Under the pieces are notes generated by a model. It did no database searches. It worked only from the letters and a program-made list of their open reading frames with translations, and had not been told where the DNA came from. The position numbers and the translations under genes are program-made. From Bdellovibrionaceae bacterium UBA2351 (GTDB lineage: Bacteria > Bdellovibrionota > Bdellovibrionia > Bdellovibrionales > Bdellovibrionaceae), in the NCBI GenBank assembly GCA_002344565.1, contig DDTZ01000055.1, forward strand, positions 10 to 64,009: DNA of 64,000 nt. Reading direction: 5' to 3'. Shown piece after piece: positions 18,586 to 28,197 of this stretch (positions are counted from its first letter, which is position 1; each line of letters begins with the position of its first letter).

Positions 18586-21112
18586 TGTTTTTCTCCTTAT
18601 TCTTAAAACTACGCTGAGAGTTTCGGTCTCTGTCGCGATTACGCTCACGAGACTGGCTCGAATTTTCATCCTCAGTTTGAGGTTTATTGCGATAGCCACC
18701 ACCGCTGTATGATTCATTTCGTGCGCGCGATTGAATAGCTTGATCTAGTTTTTCTAATATTGAGCTACGCTTAGATGATTGAACTTTATATTCGACTCCA
18801 CCAAAACCAGATTTGCTTTCCGTATTTCTATCTCCACCTTTTTTTGGATTATAAGGCGTTACAAATGGATTATCGTTGGTATTTTCGTGCGGTTTTTTAC
18901 TAAAGTCGTCGTCAAAACGTTCCGTGGAAGTATCTTCATGTTTGGCTACGTGCTGATGACGCTGTTTATTTGCAATTGGGCTACCAAACTGGAGTTTATT
19001 TTTCTTTTTGTTAAACATTCGCTCGGCAAACGACCCGCCACGTTTTTTCTTGAACTTCTTACTGCCTTCGCCATTTCGAGCGTTCGCTTGATTGCGGTTT
19101 TGATTTTCATTTTGCTGTTGCTGCTGACGGCTACCAGGGTTGCGTCGCGAATCGTGCTTCATTTGATTCATGTTTTGCTGTTCGCGTTTAGCGACCAATT
19201 CAAGTGGCATGAAGTTAATCTGACCCAACTCAGAATCTGTAGCGACAACTTTAATTTTTATAGAGTCACCAATAGTAAATCTTAAGCCGGTTTTTTTATT
19301 GTATAAACTTAATGTCTTTTCATCAAACTCAAGTCGCTGAGACGACAGTTCATCAATTTTAATGAGTCCGTCGATTTCGTATTCACGCAATAAAACGAAA
19401 ACACCAAAACGAACAACCGAGCTAATCATACCCTCAAACTCGTCGCCCAAGAACTTTTCCATGAAGCGAGCTTTTTTGATGGAGGTGATTTGCCGTTCGG
19501 CTTTTGCTGCCTTTTGTTCGCAACTTGATAACCATGTAGCTGCCGTCGCGAGATCTTCTTCTTCAACTTCGTTATATTTCTTGCCCTTTAAAATTTGGCT
19601 CTTAATTAAACGATGAATAATTAAATCGGGATAACGACGTATAGGAGACGTAAAGTGAGAGTAGTTTTCAAAGCCTAGTCCAAAATGGCCGACATTATTC
19701 ACGGAATATTTAGCCTGATTCATTGACCGTAACGTCAGAATATTCAATACATGGGCTTCTGGTTTGCCAGAAAACTCTTGCAAGGCACGTGTTAAACGCT
19801 TCTGTAGTTTGCCGTCATCGAGTTTAACTTTGCCACCGAAGTTATGAAGATAGCGTTCAAGCATTTTGATCGCCGTTTCATTAGGTGGTTCATGGATACG
19901 ATATAAAGATGGAATTTGTGAGTTCGTTAAAAACTCAGCTACTGCGACGTTCGCGATAAGCATTAGCTCTTCAATCAAACGATGGGCAAATAGGCGTTCT
20001 GAACGGATGACATCGACTGGAATTCCCGAGGCATCGATTTCTAACGCAGTTTCGGGAATTTCTAGATCTAAAGAGCCATCGCGGAAACGCTTAGCCATTA
20101 GAACTTTAGCTAATTCTGCACACTTTAAGATGTTATCTTTAACATGTTCAAATTTTTCAATAGTTTGACCTTCGATAATTTCTTGAGCTTCACCGTATGT
20201 TACGCGCGCTTTCGATTCCATGACGGCTTCGTAAAATCGGCTTTCTACTTTAGTGCCGGCAAAATCAAAGTACATTTCAGCAACCATGCACAGTCTCGGT
20301 ACATGCGGGTTCAAGGAACATAGTCCGTTACTTAGAACTTCAGGTAACATGGGAATAACGAAATTAGGAAAATAGATACTATTTCCACGTAGATACGCTT
20401 CCTCATCAATAGCGGTATTGTTTTTCACGTAGTGACTGACATCGGCTATCGCGACAAGAAGGCGGAAGCCACGGTCAGAACGTTCCACATAAACAGCATC
20501 GTCAAAATCCTTGGCTGTTTTACCATCAATAGTGATCAGATTTAAATCGCGAATATCCTGACGACCTTTGAAGTCCTTTTCATTAGGTTCGGATTTAAAT
20601 TTTTTAGCTTCTTTTAGAACTTCTTCTGGAAAGTTCATTGTAATTTGCTGAGTGAGTGCCACACGTTTGATATCATTTAAAGGATCTTCAATATCGCCGA
20701 TAATTTCGACAACTTTGCCAATCAATTCCTTACCTTTTTCGGGGTATTGAATGATTTGGGCCGCCACTAAATCGCCCGTTTGGCAGTTCAAGTTATTTTT
20801 AGTTTCGATAACCAGATCGCTACCCCAGGCATTCGATTCATCTTTTAATATGCCGTAGCTTTTTGTGACCTGTTTGTATTTACCTACAACGGTAACCGTA
20901 GATCGTTTAATGATTTCGATAATTTCACCACGAAATTTTTGAGATCCAGATTCTGGAAAAACATCGGCTAGAACATAATCATTAGTCATTACCCCGTCCA
21001 TTGCGTGGCGAGGAATATATACATCTTGGTGGTCTTTGGAGTCGGGAATTAGGAATCCAAATCCGTCAGGGTTGCGCTTTATAATTCCCTTCAGAAATTT
21101 CTTTTTAACCAT
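18497..21112 (-). CDS. rnr: Ribonuclease R with a ~240-aa low-complexity basic/Gln/Asn C-terminal tail
   Basis: Cold-shock-like N-terminus (NPDGFGFLIPD), RNB domain (ITIDGKTAKDFDDAVYV ... HFGLGFENYSHFTSPIRRYPDLIIHR) and S1 domain (GMISSVVRFGVFVLL). Confidence 0.9.
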   Translation of the reverse strand: MVKKKFLKGIIKRNPDGFGFLIPDSKDHQDVYIPRHAMDGVMTNDYVLADVFPESGSQKFRGEIIEIIKRSTVTVVGKYKQVTKSYGILKDESNAWGSDLVIETKNNLNCQTGDLVAAQIIQYPEKGKELIGKVVEIIGDIEDPLNDIKRVALTQQITMNFPEEVLKEAKKFKSEPNEKDFKGRQDIRDLNLITIDGKTAKDFDDAVYVERSDRGFRLLVAIADVSHYVKNNTAIDEEAYLRGNSIYFPNFVIPMLPEVLSNGLCSLNPHVPRLCMVAEMYFDFAGTKVESRFYEAVMESKARVTYGEAQEIIEGQTIEKFEHVKDNILKCAELAKVLMAKRFRDGSLDLEIPETALEIDASGIPVDVIRSERLFAHRLIEELMLIANVAVAEFLTNSQIPSLYRIHEPPNETAIKMLERYLHNFGGKVKLDDGKLQKRLTRALQEFSGKPEAHVLNILTLRSMNQAKYSVNNVGHFGLGFENYSHFTSPIRRYPDLIIHRLIKSQILKGKKYNEVEEEDLATAATWLSSCEQKAAKAERQITSIKKARFMEKFLGDEFEGMISSVVRFGVFVLLREYEIDGLIKIDELSSQRLEFDEKTLSLYNKKTGLRFTIGDSIKIKVVATDSELGQINFMPLELVAKREQQNMNQMKHDSRRNPGSRQQQQQNENQNRNQANARNGEGSKKFKKKRGGSFAERMFNKKKNKLQFGSPIANKQRHQHVAKHEDTSTERFDDDFSKKPHENTNDNPFVTPYNPKKGGDRNTESKSGFGGVEYKVQSSKRSSILEKLDQAIQSRARNESYSGGGYRNKPQTEDENSSQSRERNRDRDRNSQRSFKNKEKNSGGSGTKAESSRKNSKKRGQVKNHRRGIR

Positions 21113-21155
21113 GGATTAAGTTTGGGGTTCTGACTTTGCAAAGTCAAATAAGGAA

Positions 21156-21710
21156 ATGAATGATTTGTATTTAAATAAGTCCTCAAAGTTTTTCTATTTC
21201 CAAACTCGGATCGGGTGGCTCGAAACGGGCGGAAAAAAGGCAAAACATAGTCTGTTTACGCCGTCTCCAGAACAAGAAATCTGGGACACGACATTGAATA
21301 CACTCTCTGAACTGCAGGGCGAGAGTGGAATTGAAATATACGGATTGGTTTTAGATGGAGATGGTTTGCACATTCTGTTTTCAACTCCCTATTTCAACGA
21401 AAATATACTTATATTGGATTGGGAAATGCGATTGAAGCAGCATCTGTCTATTTCATTTACTCGTCCTATATTGTGTGAGCCTGTAGAAAATTACGAACAG
21501 ATCCGGCAGTTATTAATTGAAATCTATAGAGAGCAACTGACAGTTGATAATAATGAGGTTCGGTGGAAAAGGCCGTTTAATAGTATGAAATTGATTTGTG
21601 ATGGACACAGAAAAGCGGGGTTATTTAAAGATCCTTTACGCATCATTTTTCAACCGGCACTTGTATTTCAGATCGGTAAACGAGCCGAGATGTCGTCCTT
21701 TTATGGATAA
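21156..21710 (+). CDS. Hypothetical protein, faint resemblance to an inactivated IS200/RAYT-type Y1 transposase fold
   Basis: IEIYGLVLDGDGLHILFSTP sits where Y1 transposases have ..vMPNHvHlli.., but the HxH motif is not intact. No flanking repeats. Confidence 0.35.
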   Translation: MNDLYLNKSSKFFYFQTRIGWLETGGKKAKHSLFTPSPEQEIWDTTLNTLSELQGESGIEIYGLVLDGDGLHILFSTPYFNENILILDWEMRLKQHLSISFTRPILCEPVENYEQIRQLLIEIYREQLTVDNNEVRWKRPFNSMKLICDGHRKAGLFKDPLRIIFQPALVFQIGKRAEMSSFYG

Positions 21711-22138
21711 TCTCTGCATAAGAATACGGCGAATTGGGGTAAATGTACGCAGTGCATCAGACAGACAAAATGCCCCGCCAGTCTTAAATTCTATGTCTAA
21801 CTGTTTTAAATTTTCCAAGCGTTTGACAAAAAGAGTATCAAAAATTTTTTTTAGCAAGCGTCTTCAAGATTCACTGTTATCAGTGCTTTCGCGGCTTTAG
21901 TTTTTTTGAAATTGAATTTAATAAAATAGTAAACAACTGTTCAATTTGCTAGCAATAATTTGTGGTACTATTTGTACACATTTTTTTTTGCTTTACGTTT
22001 TCAACTGCTTCAATTCACAAAATTTTTTTTAGATTGATCTCAACTATAAGTCTTATTACCATTTATCTATTGAGTATTAAAGAATGGTTAAATAACCAAA
22101 ATAACGAGCAGACATATATCTGCAAGGAAGGAATTAAT

Positions 22139-23218
22139 ATGAAAAAGATGACAATTTTAGTTGCTGTTGCTTTGTGCGCAACTTCAGCTTTTGCTTCTAA
22201 AGCTAGATTGAAGGCACTTCAATCATCTCCACACTTACAAGACACTCGCGACGTGATCAGCCGTGAGCCAGATCAAGCTCTTGTACACGGTGAATTCGTG
22301 TCTTTAGAAACATCTGCAAACGCAGCTGGTGCTAACGATACAGCTCCAAATGCAGAAGGCGGTTTCGTTCGTAAATTGAATGATACATCTGCAATGGGTG
22401 CTTGGTTGGGTGCTAAATCTGAATCTTTAGCTACGACTGCATTGTCTGAAGCAGGTTCAACTCAAACAATTCAAAATCCTCTAAACCTATACTACGCGTC
22501 TAAAGCGGGTGATATGGCTTGGGGTGTTGGTTTGAACTACTCAAACTTCGAAAACAAATCTACTAAGAACAAAGCGTCTTCAATGGGTCTAAATGCGAGT
22601 GTTTCTAGCACTGCTGGCTGGGAAGCTCAATTAGGTCTTGGTTTAACTGGTGAAGCGACTGTTACTGACACTACTAAATTCGAACAAAAATCTCCAATGT
22701 TCTTATCTGGTGGTTACTGGATGGATACTATGTTCCTATTCGGTAAATACGCAATGGGTGGCGGAAAAGCTAAAGACATCGCGTCTGGAACAACGACTAC
22801 TGATAAAGATGTTAACTCTATCGAAATCGGTGTTGTTAACTCTCACAAAAAAGATGGCGCAGATTTCTTCTACGGCGTTTCTTACTTAATGACTACAAGC
22901 AAAGTTGCTAACGGAACTAAAGTTGAAGGGTCTTCACTTCCAGTAGTTATCGGTATCGAAGCAGACGCTACATCTTGGATGGTATTACGTGGATCTATCA
23001 AACAAAACGTATTGTTAGGTTCTTCTAAGACTACTCCAAACGGTGGTACTGCTGCTGAAACTAACCTACAAGACAACACTGTTGTTGCTGCTGGTTTAGG
23101 TATGAAACTTGGCAAATTCATGGTTGACGGTTCTTTAGCTGCAACTACAACTCAATCTGGTAAATTCGGCTCTGACGCTGGTTTCTTGGGTGATGTTGGT
23201 TTAACTTACGCGTTCTAA
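22139..23218 (+). CDS. Outer-membrane porin-like beta-barrel protein, probably abundant
   Basis: ATG 22139 after AAGGAAGG, signal peptide MKKMTILVAVALCATSAFAS, Gly/Ser/Thr-rich alternating strands, C-terminal GLTYAF and a strong terminator. The track's 59-aa extension is rejected. Confidence 0.6.
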   Translation: MKKMTILVAVALCATSAFASKARLKALQSSPHLQDTRDVISREPDQALVHGEFVSLETSANAAGANDTAPNAEGGFVRKLNDTSAMGAWLGAKSESLATTALSEAGSTQTIQNPLNLYYASKAGDMAWGVGLNYSNFENKSTKNKASSMGLNASVSSTAGWEAQLGLGLTGEATVTDTTKFEQKSPMFLSGGYWMDTMFLFGKYAMGGGKAKDIASGTTTTDKDVNSIEIGVVNSHKKDGADFFYGVSYLMTTSKVANGTKVEGSSLPVVIGIEADATSWMVLRGSIKQNVLLGSSKTTPNGGTAAETNLQDNTVVAAGLGMKLGKFMVDGSLAATTTQSGKFGSDAGFLGDVGLTYAF

Positions 23219-23247
23219 TTTTAGAACTTATCTAGGTTAACTAAATG

Positions 23248-23278
23248 AAAAGGGCTGATGAACTCAGCCCTTTTTTAT
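23248..23278 (+). terminator. Rho-independent terminator after the porin gene (bidirectional position)
   Basis: AAAAGGGCTGA-TGAAC-TCAGCCCTTTTTTATT. Confidence 0.7.
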
Positions 23279-23298
23279 TTGTAGAATCGTTTTTTTGC

Positions 23299-24561
23299 CT
23301 ATTTGTTTATTTTTGAAAGCACGTGTGCTTGTTTTAAATTAAAGTCTTTCAAAATCTCTAATCTTTTGTTTCTGACTTCAAAAATCTTTTCCGCGGCAGA
23401 TAACATGTCGGGTGAGTTTTTAACACCACGAGCGTATTCTGATTGTGTCAGTTTGTAGTATTTTTCTGCGCGATTAATATTTTCTTCTGCATCGTGAACT
23501 TGGTTGTGAAGCAAATTGAGTTCCGCGACTTCGTTTTCCACATGGGAGTGGGCCTGCTTTCGCTGAAATTCAGCCAACTTTCTGTAAGCAATTGATTCCT
23601 TCGCTTGAGCTTCGCTTTCCTTGTGTGATTCAAACCCGTCGGGAATACTCAGGGAAATGCGAAGGCCAACATAGGATTCCTTTCTTTGTTCTGAATCAGG
23701 GTAGTCCGCCTCTTCGCGTTCGTTGAATTGATTGAGTCCAGCGACTGCGTCCAGTTTAGGCCACCACGTACGCTTAGCACTTTTGCTTACGAGTGAGCCC
23801 ATCTCGGCCTGAAGCTCGGATTCTTTAGCGAGTACGTCGTGATCATCGTGTGTGTGCTTCAATTTATTTTCAAAATCGTGTTCGTGCGCGAGTTCTTTTG
23901 GGAGTTGGATTTGGTCGGTGGTGTCCAGATTCAGCAGAACCTTTAGCTCATCGATCTGAATTTTGAACTGCAGTTTAGCGAGTTCTAACTCTTGCTTTAA
24001 ATTTACGGCCTTAATTTCAAATTCCATCTTATCAGACTCGGTTGCAACTCCGCTGCGGATACGCTTAAGTGCGGAGTTGGAGTTCTGGGAATTAATTTTA
24101 ATTACGGAATCTAAAAGAGTGATCTTTTCTTGGGTATACAATATTTCGGATAAAAGAACTCTGGCAGCCAATAACTCTTCGGCGGTTACCCGCATGTATT
24201 GGAATGATTTTTTTTGAGTATTCAGTTCCCTAATATCAGATTCGATTTGGTCTTTGCCACCGTTATACAAATTAACGGACGCTTCTAAACCATAGCTCGG
24301 TTGAGTTTTTTGAGCATAAGTTCCTTTTTTGAACGTTTCTTGGCTTGCTTGGAATTCTAGTTTAGGTAGAAATGATCGAGTTAGTGAACCTTCGCGTATT
24401 TTCGAAGCATCGACTTCTAAGCGTTGAGCTTCGAGGCGCGTGCTCCGCGATTCGAGCACATTTTTAATATTGTCGTAGTTCACGGAAAACATTCCCGCTA
24501 AAGTAGGTAAAGGTTTTAAAAACCCCACCGTAAAATAGAAAATTAGATATCTCGTTTTCAT
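23299..24561 (-). CDS. TolC/OEP-family outer-membrane efflux factor
   Basis: 420 aa with a signal peptide and two coiled-coil/beta repeats typical of OEP proteins. Last gene of the RND row. Confidence 0.7.
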   Translation of the reverse strand: MKTRYLIFYFTVGFLKPLPTLAGMFSVNYDNIKNVLESRSTRLEAQRLEVDASKIREGSLTRSFLPKLEFQASQETFKKGTYAQKTQPSYGLEASVNLYNGGKDQIESDIRELNTQKKSFQYMRVTAEELLAARVLLSEILYTQEKITLLDSVIKINSQNSNSALKRIRSGVATESDKMEFEIKAVNLKQELELAKLQFKIQIDELKVLLNLDTTDQIQLPKELAHEHDFENKLKHTHDDHDVLAKESELQAEMGSLVSKSAKRTWWPKLDAVAGLNQFNEREEADYPDSEQRKESYVGLRISLSIPDGFESHKESEAQAKESIAYRKLAEFQRKQAHSHVENEVAELNLLHNQVHDAEENINRAEKYYKLTQSEYARGVKNSPDMLSAAEKIFEVRNKRLEILKDFNLKQAHVLSKINK

Positions 24562-24570
24562 ACATTAACC

Positions 24571-25002
24571 CTATTTTTTGAGCTCAATTGTAAATTCAAT
24601 TTTGTCCCCATGATTTTCTTTGGCGTCTTTGACGTCTAAGATCAACGTATAGCGATGAGTATTTTTTGGTTTAGAATTGATTTCATAGTGAGAAAACTTT
24701 GATGTTTTCGTGTCCGTTACTGGCTCAAGCGTAAGCTTTTCGATTTTTTTATTCTTAGGCAGCTTCATTGATGCTTTCAGATCGAATGTACCAGTTTCTT
24801 TTACTTTGCCGTCGTTGTCGAAAACGTAAATTTCAAGTTTCGTGTCTTTGTTTACTACTTCGAGATTTATGGATTCAGTAGATTTTACTACTCCGCCTTT
24901 CAGCGGTTGAAAAGAACTTGGTCCATCATGATCATGACCCTCATGAGCAAGTGTTGTCGCAGCAAATAGGGCAGTGAATAGGGCGATTGATAAAAGTTTC
25001 AT
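24571..25002 (-). CDS. Small secreted beta-rich protein with His-rich mature N-terminus (putative metal-binding)
   Basis: Signal peptide ...ATTLA followed by HEGHDHDGPSS. An AGGAGA SD lies in the 16-nt gap after the RND gene. Occupies the position usually taken by an adaptor or CusF-type gene. Confidence 0.5.
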   Translation of the reverse strand: MKLLSIALFTALFAATTLAHEGHDHDGPSSFQPLKGGVVKSTESINLEVVNKDTKLEIYVFDNDGKVKETGTFDLKASMKLPKNKKIEKLTLEPVTDTKTSKFSHYEINSKPKNTHRYTLILDVKDAKENHGDKIEFTIELKK

Positions 25003-25018
25003 AAATTTCTCCTTTTTT

Positions 25019-28000
25019 TTAAACTTCGTTTTTATTATTTTGAATTAAGTATTGTTCTGCTGATCGTTTTCCAAACTTATAAAAAAGAGTGGGAGTAACG
25101 ATGATATCAAGAATAGTAGAGCTCAAGAGGCCGCCGACAATAACCACGGCCACGGGATATAAAACCTCGCTACCGGCTTGTCCCTTGGCGAACACGAGCG
25201 GTAGTAGTGCTAGTGAAGCCACACAGGCCGTCATCATCACCGGTACCAATCGCTCTTGAGATCCACGAATGATCATCTCCTTGCTGAATGATTCGTTTTC
25301 AAATTTCATCAAATGCAAGTAGTGGGAAATCATCATGATAGCGTTTCTTGAAGCGACTCCGCATAGCGTGATAAATCCAACAAGGCTGGCCACCGTGATG
25401 GTCTTGTCAGCGAAGAACAGCAAAAATATACCACCGATAAAGGCTAATGGGATTGTCGCCATAATTTGGGCTGTGATTGTTTTTGAGCGGAAATGACTGA
25501 AAAGCACCAGCGCGATACCGATCAATGAAATCAAACCGAAAACTAAGATTTTTCTGGTGGCACCTTGCTGACTTTCAAATTGTCCGCCGTAGACGATGTA
25601 ATAGCCTTCAGGAAGTTGAACCTCCTTTTTTACTTTGGACTGAACTTCTTCAATCAGGCTACCTAAATCGCGATTATGAACATTGGCACTGATTACGATA
25701 CGTCGTTGACTATTTTCCCGATTAATTTCGTTTGGACCAGTTGTTTCATAAATATCGGCGACATCCTTTAAGCGAACTTTTCGGCCGTCCGGCATTGTTT
25801 TTAAAACAGTTTCTTCCATTTTTTCTATACTGCCGCGTGAGCTTTCATCGAATTGAAAAAATACGTCGTACAATTTGGTGTCCTCTATAATTTGGGCAAC
25901 GGTTTCGCCGTTGAACGCTGCTTCCAGTAGCTGCGTTACTTCGCCAGGACTTAGTCCAAATTGGGCGGCTTCCGGGCGTAGAACTTTGATTTTAATTTGT
26001 GGAATCAAGCCTTGTTGTTCCACTTTTAAATCAACAAGTCCGTTGGTATCTTTGATCGCAGACTGCAGCTCTGCCGCTTTTTGCCGCAGCAGAGTTAAAT
26101 CAGGGCCAAAAATTTTAATCGCCACCGCAGCACTGACTCCAGAAAGCATGTGATCAATTAAATGGGATATCGGTTGCCCAACGTTGACACCTACTCCGGG
26201 TATCGAGCTTTTTAGATTATTTCTAATTTCCGCAAGGACAATATCCCGAGGTCGACCATCATTGTGGAAATCGACATCGATTTCGCTAACATTTACACCC
26301 ATAGCGTGTTCGTCTAATTCTGCGCGACCTGTACGGCGAGAAACAGACTTAATTTCCTTGGTCTGCATAATAATATGTTCAGCTTTTTGTCCCAATTTAT
26401 TTGATTCGTTCAAGCTGATTCCCGGTTTGGCAATTACTGAAATCATCGCAGTTCCTTCATTGAACTGTGGTAAGAAATCGCGTCCCATGAAAGGTAGCAA
26501 GCTTAGCGCTAGTCCTAGAAGTAAGGCGCTGCCACCCAGTACTAGATTTGCATTTCCTAGAGACCAATTTAAAATTTTGCGATCTAAACTTTTTAACATG
26601 GTCACTAGTTTAGTATCATGATGTTCTTTAAACTCGCCCTTTAAAAAATATGAACATAGTACTGGAGTTAAAGTTAACGAAACAATCAGTGATGATATAA
26701 GTGCCGTTAAATACGCGACGCCCAGTGGGCTAAATAACCGTCCTTCTAATCCCGTTAAATTGAAAAGTGGGAAAAATACCAATGCGATGATCACTGTTGC
26801 CAGCACAATAGAATTTCGAATCTCGCTTGATGCATCGTAAATCACTTTCAACGCCGATCTAGGATTGGAGCCTTGGCTGTTTTCACGCAAACGACGAAAA
26901 ACATTTTCGACGTCAACGATCGAGTCATCAACCAGTTCACCGATCGCTATGGCAAGGCCACCAAGAGTCATCGTGTTTACAGTCAAATCAAAAAATTTGA
27001 AAACGATCGCCGTAACAAGAAAGGAAACAGGGATTGCGGTCAATGTAATGACGGACATTCGTAAATTAGCTAAGAAAATAAACAGTATGATAAAGACCAA
27101 GACCGTCCCGAACTTCAGCTTACCTTGTATTCCTTTGATCGAGGCTTCGATAAAGTTCGATTGTTTGAACACATCGGTGTTAATCACAACTCCTTTTGGC
27201 ATTGAAGGGCGAATTTCAGCGATCGCTTTTTCAACGGATTCGGTGATTTGAATCGTGTCGGCACCGGGCTGTTTTTGAATAGTTATAACTACTGACGGGT
27301 TTCCGTTAAAACTGCCATCGCCGCGTTTTAATCGAGGGGCTTCTTTTACTTCAGCAATATCGTCGACGCGAATAGGCTTACCAAAATGTAAGCCCACCAG
27401 TGTTTGTTTGATATCATCAATGCCATCGATGATTCCGATATTTCTAACTAGAAATTCTTGTCCTGACTTTTCAAGGAATCCGCCAGTTGTATTTTGACTG
27501 ATTTGCGAAAGCTCTTTGTCGATTTGTTCCATCGTTAACTGAAATCGATTCATCTTATCCGCCGAAACTAGAATCTGATACTGTTTCAATCCGCCACCGA
27601 TAGCAATGACCTGCGAAACTCCTTGTATTGTCATCAAGCGTGGGCGCAACACCCACTCCGCAAGATTGCGAAGCTCCATGGGATTGATTTCGTTAGACTC
27701 TGTGGTTAGCGCGATCTGCTGAATTTGTCCCATTAGCGAGCCGATCGGTCCCATAATCGGAGTGATATCTTTGGGAAGTCGTTCTTTCGATAGGTTTAGT
27801 TTTTCCTGAACGAGTTGACGGCTTTTAAAAATATCCGTTCCCCATTTAAATTCGACATAAATAGCAGAAAGCCCGATACCAGACTGCGAGCGAATTCGTT
27901 CGACTCCCGGTAAGCCATTTAGGTAACTTTCGATTGGAAACGTCACGCGTGTTTCGACCTCTTCTGGGGCCATTCCATGAGATTCAGTTACAATGGTGAC

Positions 28001-28138
28001 GGTTGGCTTGGTGATGTCCGGAAAGACATCTATTGGTAAATTTTTAAGAGTGATTGAACCATATACGACTATGAATGCGGTTATAGCGATTACCAATAGC
28101 CGATGGTTCAATGCAAATCTAATTATAGAATTGAGCAT
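25019..28138 (-). CDS. Heavy-metal-efflux RND pump (CzcA/CusA family)
   Basis: 1039 aa. The N-terminus MLNSIIRFALNHRLLVIAITAFIVVYGSITLKNLPIDVFPDITKPTVTIVTESHGMAPEEVETRVTFPIE is typical of the CzcA/CusA family, with 12-TM RND architecture. Confidence 0.9.
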   Translation of the reverse strand: MLNSIIRFALNHRLLVIAITAFIVVYGSITLKNLPIDVFPDITKPTVTIVTESHGMAPEEVETRVTFPIESYLNGLPGVERIRSQSGIGLSAIYVEFKWGTDIFKSRQLVQEKLNLSKERLPKDITPIMGPIGSLMGQIQQIALTTESNEINPMELRNLAEWVLRPRLMTIQGVSQVIAIGGGLKQYQILVSADKMNRFQLTMEQIDKELSQISQNTTGGFLEKSGQEFLVRNIGIIDGIDDIKQTLVGLHFGKPIRVDDIAEVKEAPRLKRGDGSFNGNPSVVITIQKQPGADTIQITESVEKAIAEIRPSMPKGVVINTDVFKQSNFIEASIKGIQGKLKFGTVLVFIILFIFLANLRMSVITLTAIPVSFLVTAIVFKFFDLTVNTMTLGGLAIAIGELVDDSIVDVENVFRRLRENSQGSNPRSALKVIYDASSEIRNSIVLATVIIALVFFPLFNLTGLEGRLFSPLGVAYLTALISSLIVSLTLTPVLCSYFLKGEFKEHHDTKLVTMLKSLDRKILNWSLGNANLVLGGSALLLGLALSLLPFMGRDFLPQFNEGTAMISVIAKPGISLNESNKLGQKAEHIIMQTKEIKSVSRRTGRAELDEHAMGVNVSEIDVDFHNDGRPRDIVLAEIRNNLKSSIPGVGVNVGQPISHLIDHMLSGVSAAVAIKIFGPDLTLLRQKAAELQSAIKDTNGLVDLKVEQQGLIPQIKIKVLRPEAAQFGLSPGEVTQLLEAAFNGETVAQIIEDTKLYDVFFQFDESSRGSIEKMEETVLKTMPDGRKVRLKDVADIYETTGPNEINRENSQRRIVISANVHNRDLGSLIEEVQSKVKKEVQLPEGYYIVYGGQFESQQGATRKILVFGLISLIGIALVLFSHFRSKTITAQIMATIPLAFIGGIFLLFFADKTITVASLVGFITLCGVASRNAIMMISHYLHLMKFENESFSKEMIIRGSQERLVPVMMTACVASLALLPLVFAKGQAGSEVLYPVAVVIVGGLLSSTILDIIVTPTLFYKFGKRSAEQYLIQNNKNEV

Positions 28139-28197
28139 GTTGTCCCTTTTTTGAGCGAGTAGAATGGAAACTAAATATTAATTGTTAAGAACTAATA

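Noticed and set aside
16909-18717. Track start of ubiB at 18717, giving a 220-nt overlap with rnr.
   Set aside because: The first ~44 residues have no ABC1 homology. GTG 18585 with AAGGAG at 7 nt is a much better start.
18779-19285. A 168-aa plus-strand ORF antisense to the RNase R tail. Similar long antisense ORFs occur at 1438-1809, 2038-2406, 2614-2973, 12191-12595, 13325-13726, 14988-15377, 26184-26621, 26865-27251, 43379-43885, 45603-45920, 51097-51363 and 56381-56761.
   Set aside because: These are shadow ORFs opposite well-supported genes. They have low-complexity or odd composition and no SD, motif or independent support.
21598-21900. ORFs on both strands (21598-21900 + and 21636-21857 -) in the region between the 184-aa gene and the porin gene.
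   Set aside because: They overlap each other and the 3' end of the upstream gene, have no SD or motif, and their composition looks non-coding. The region is more likely the long promoter/5' UTR of the highly expressed porin.
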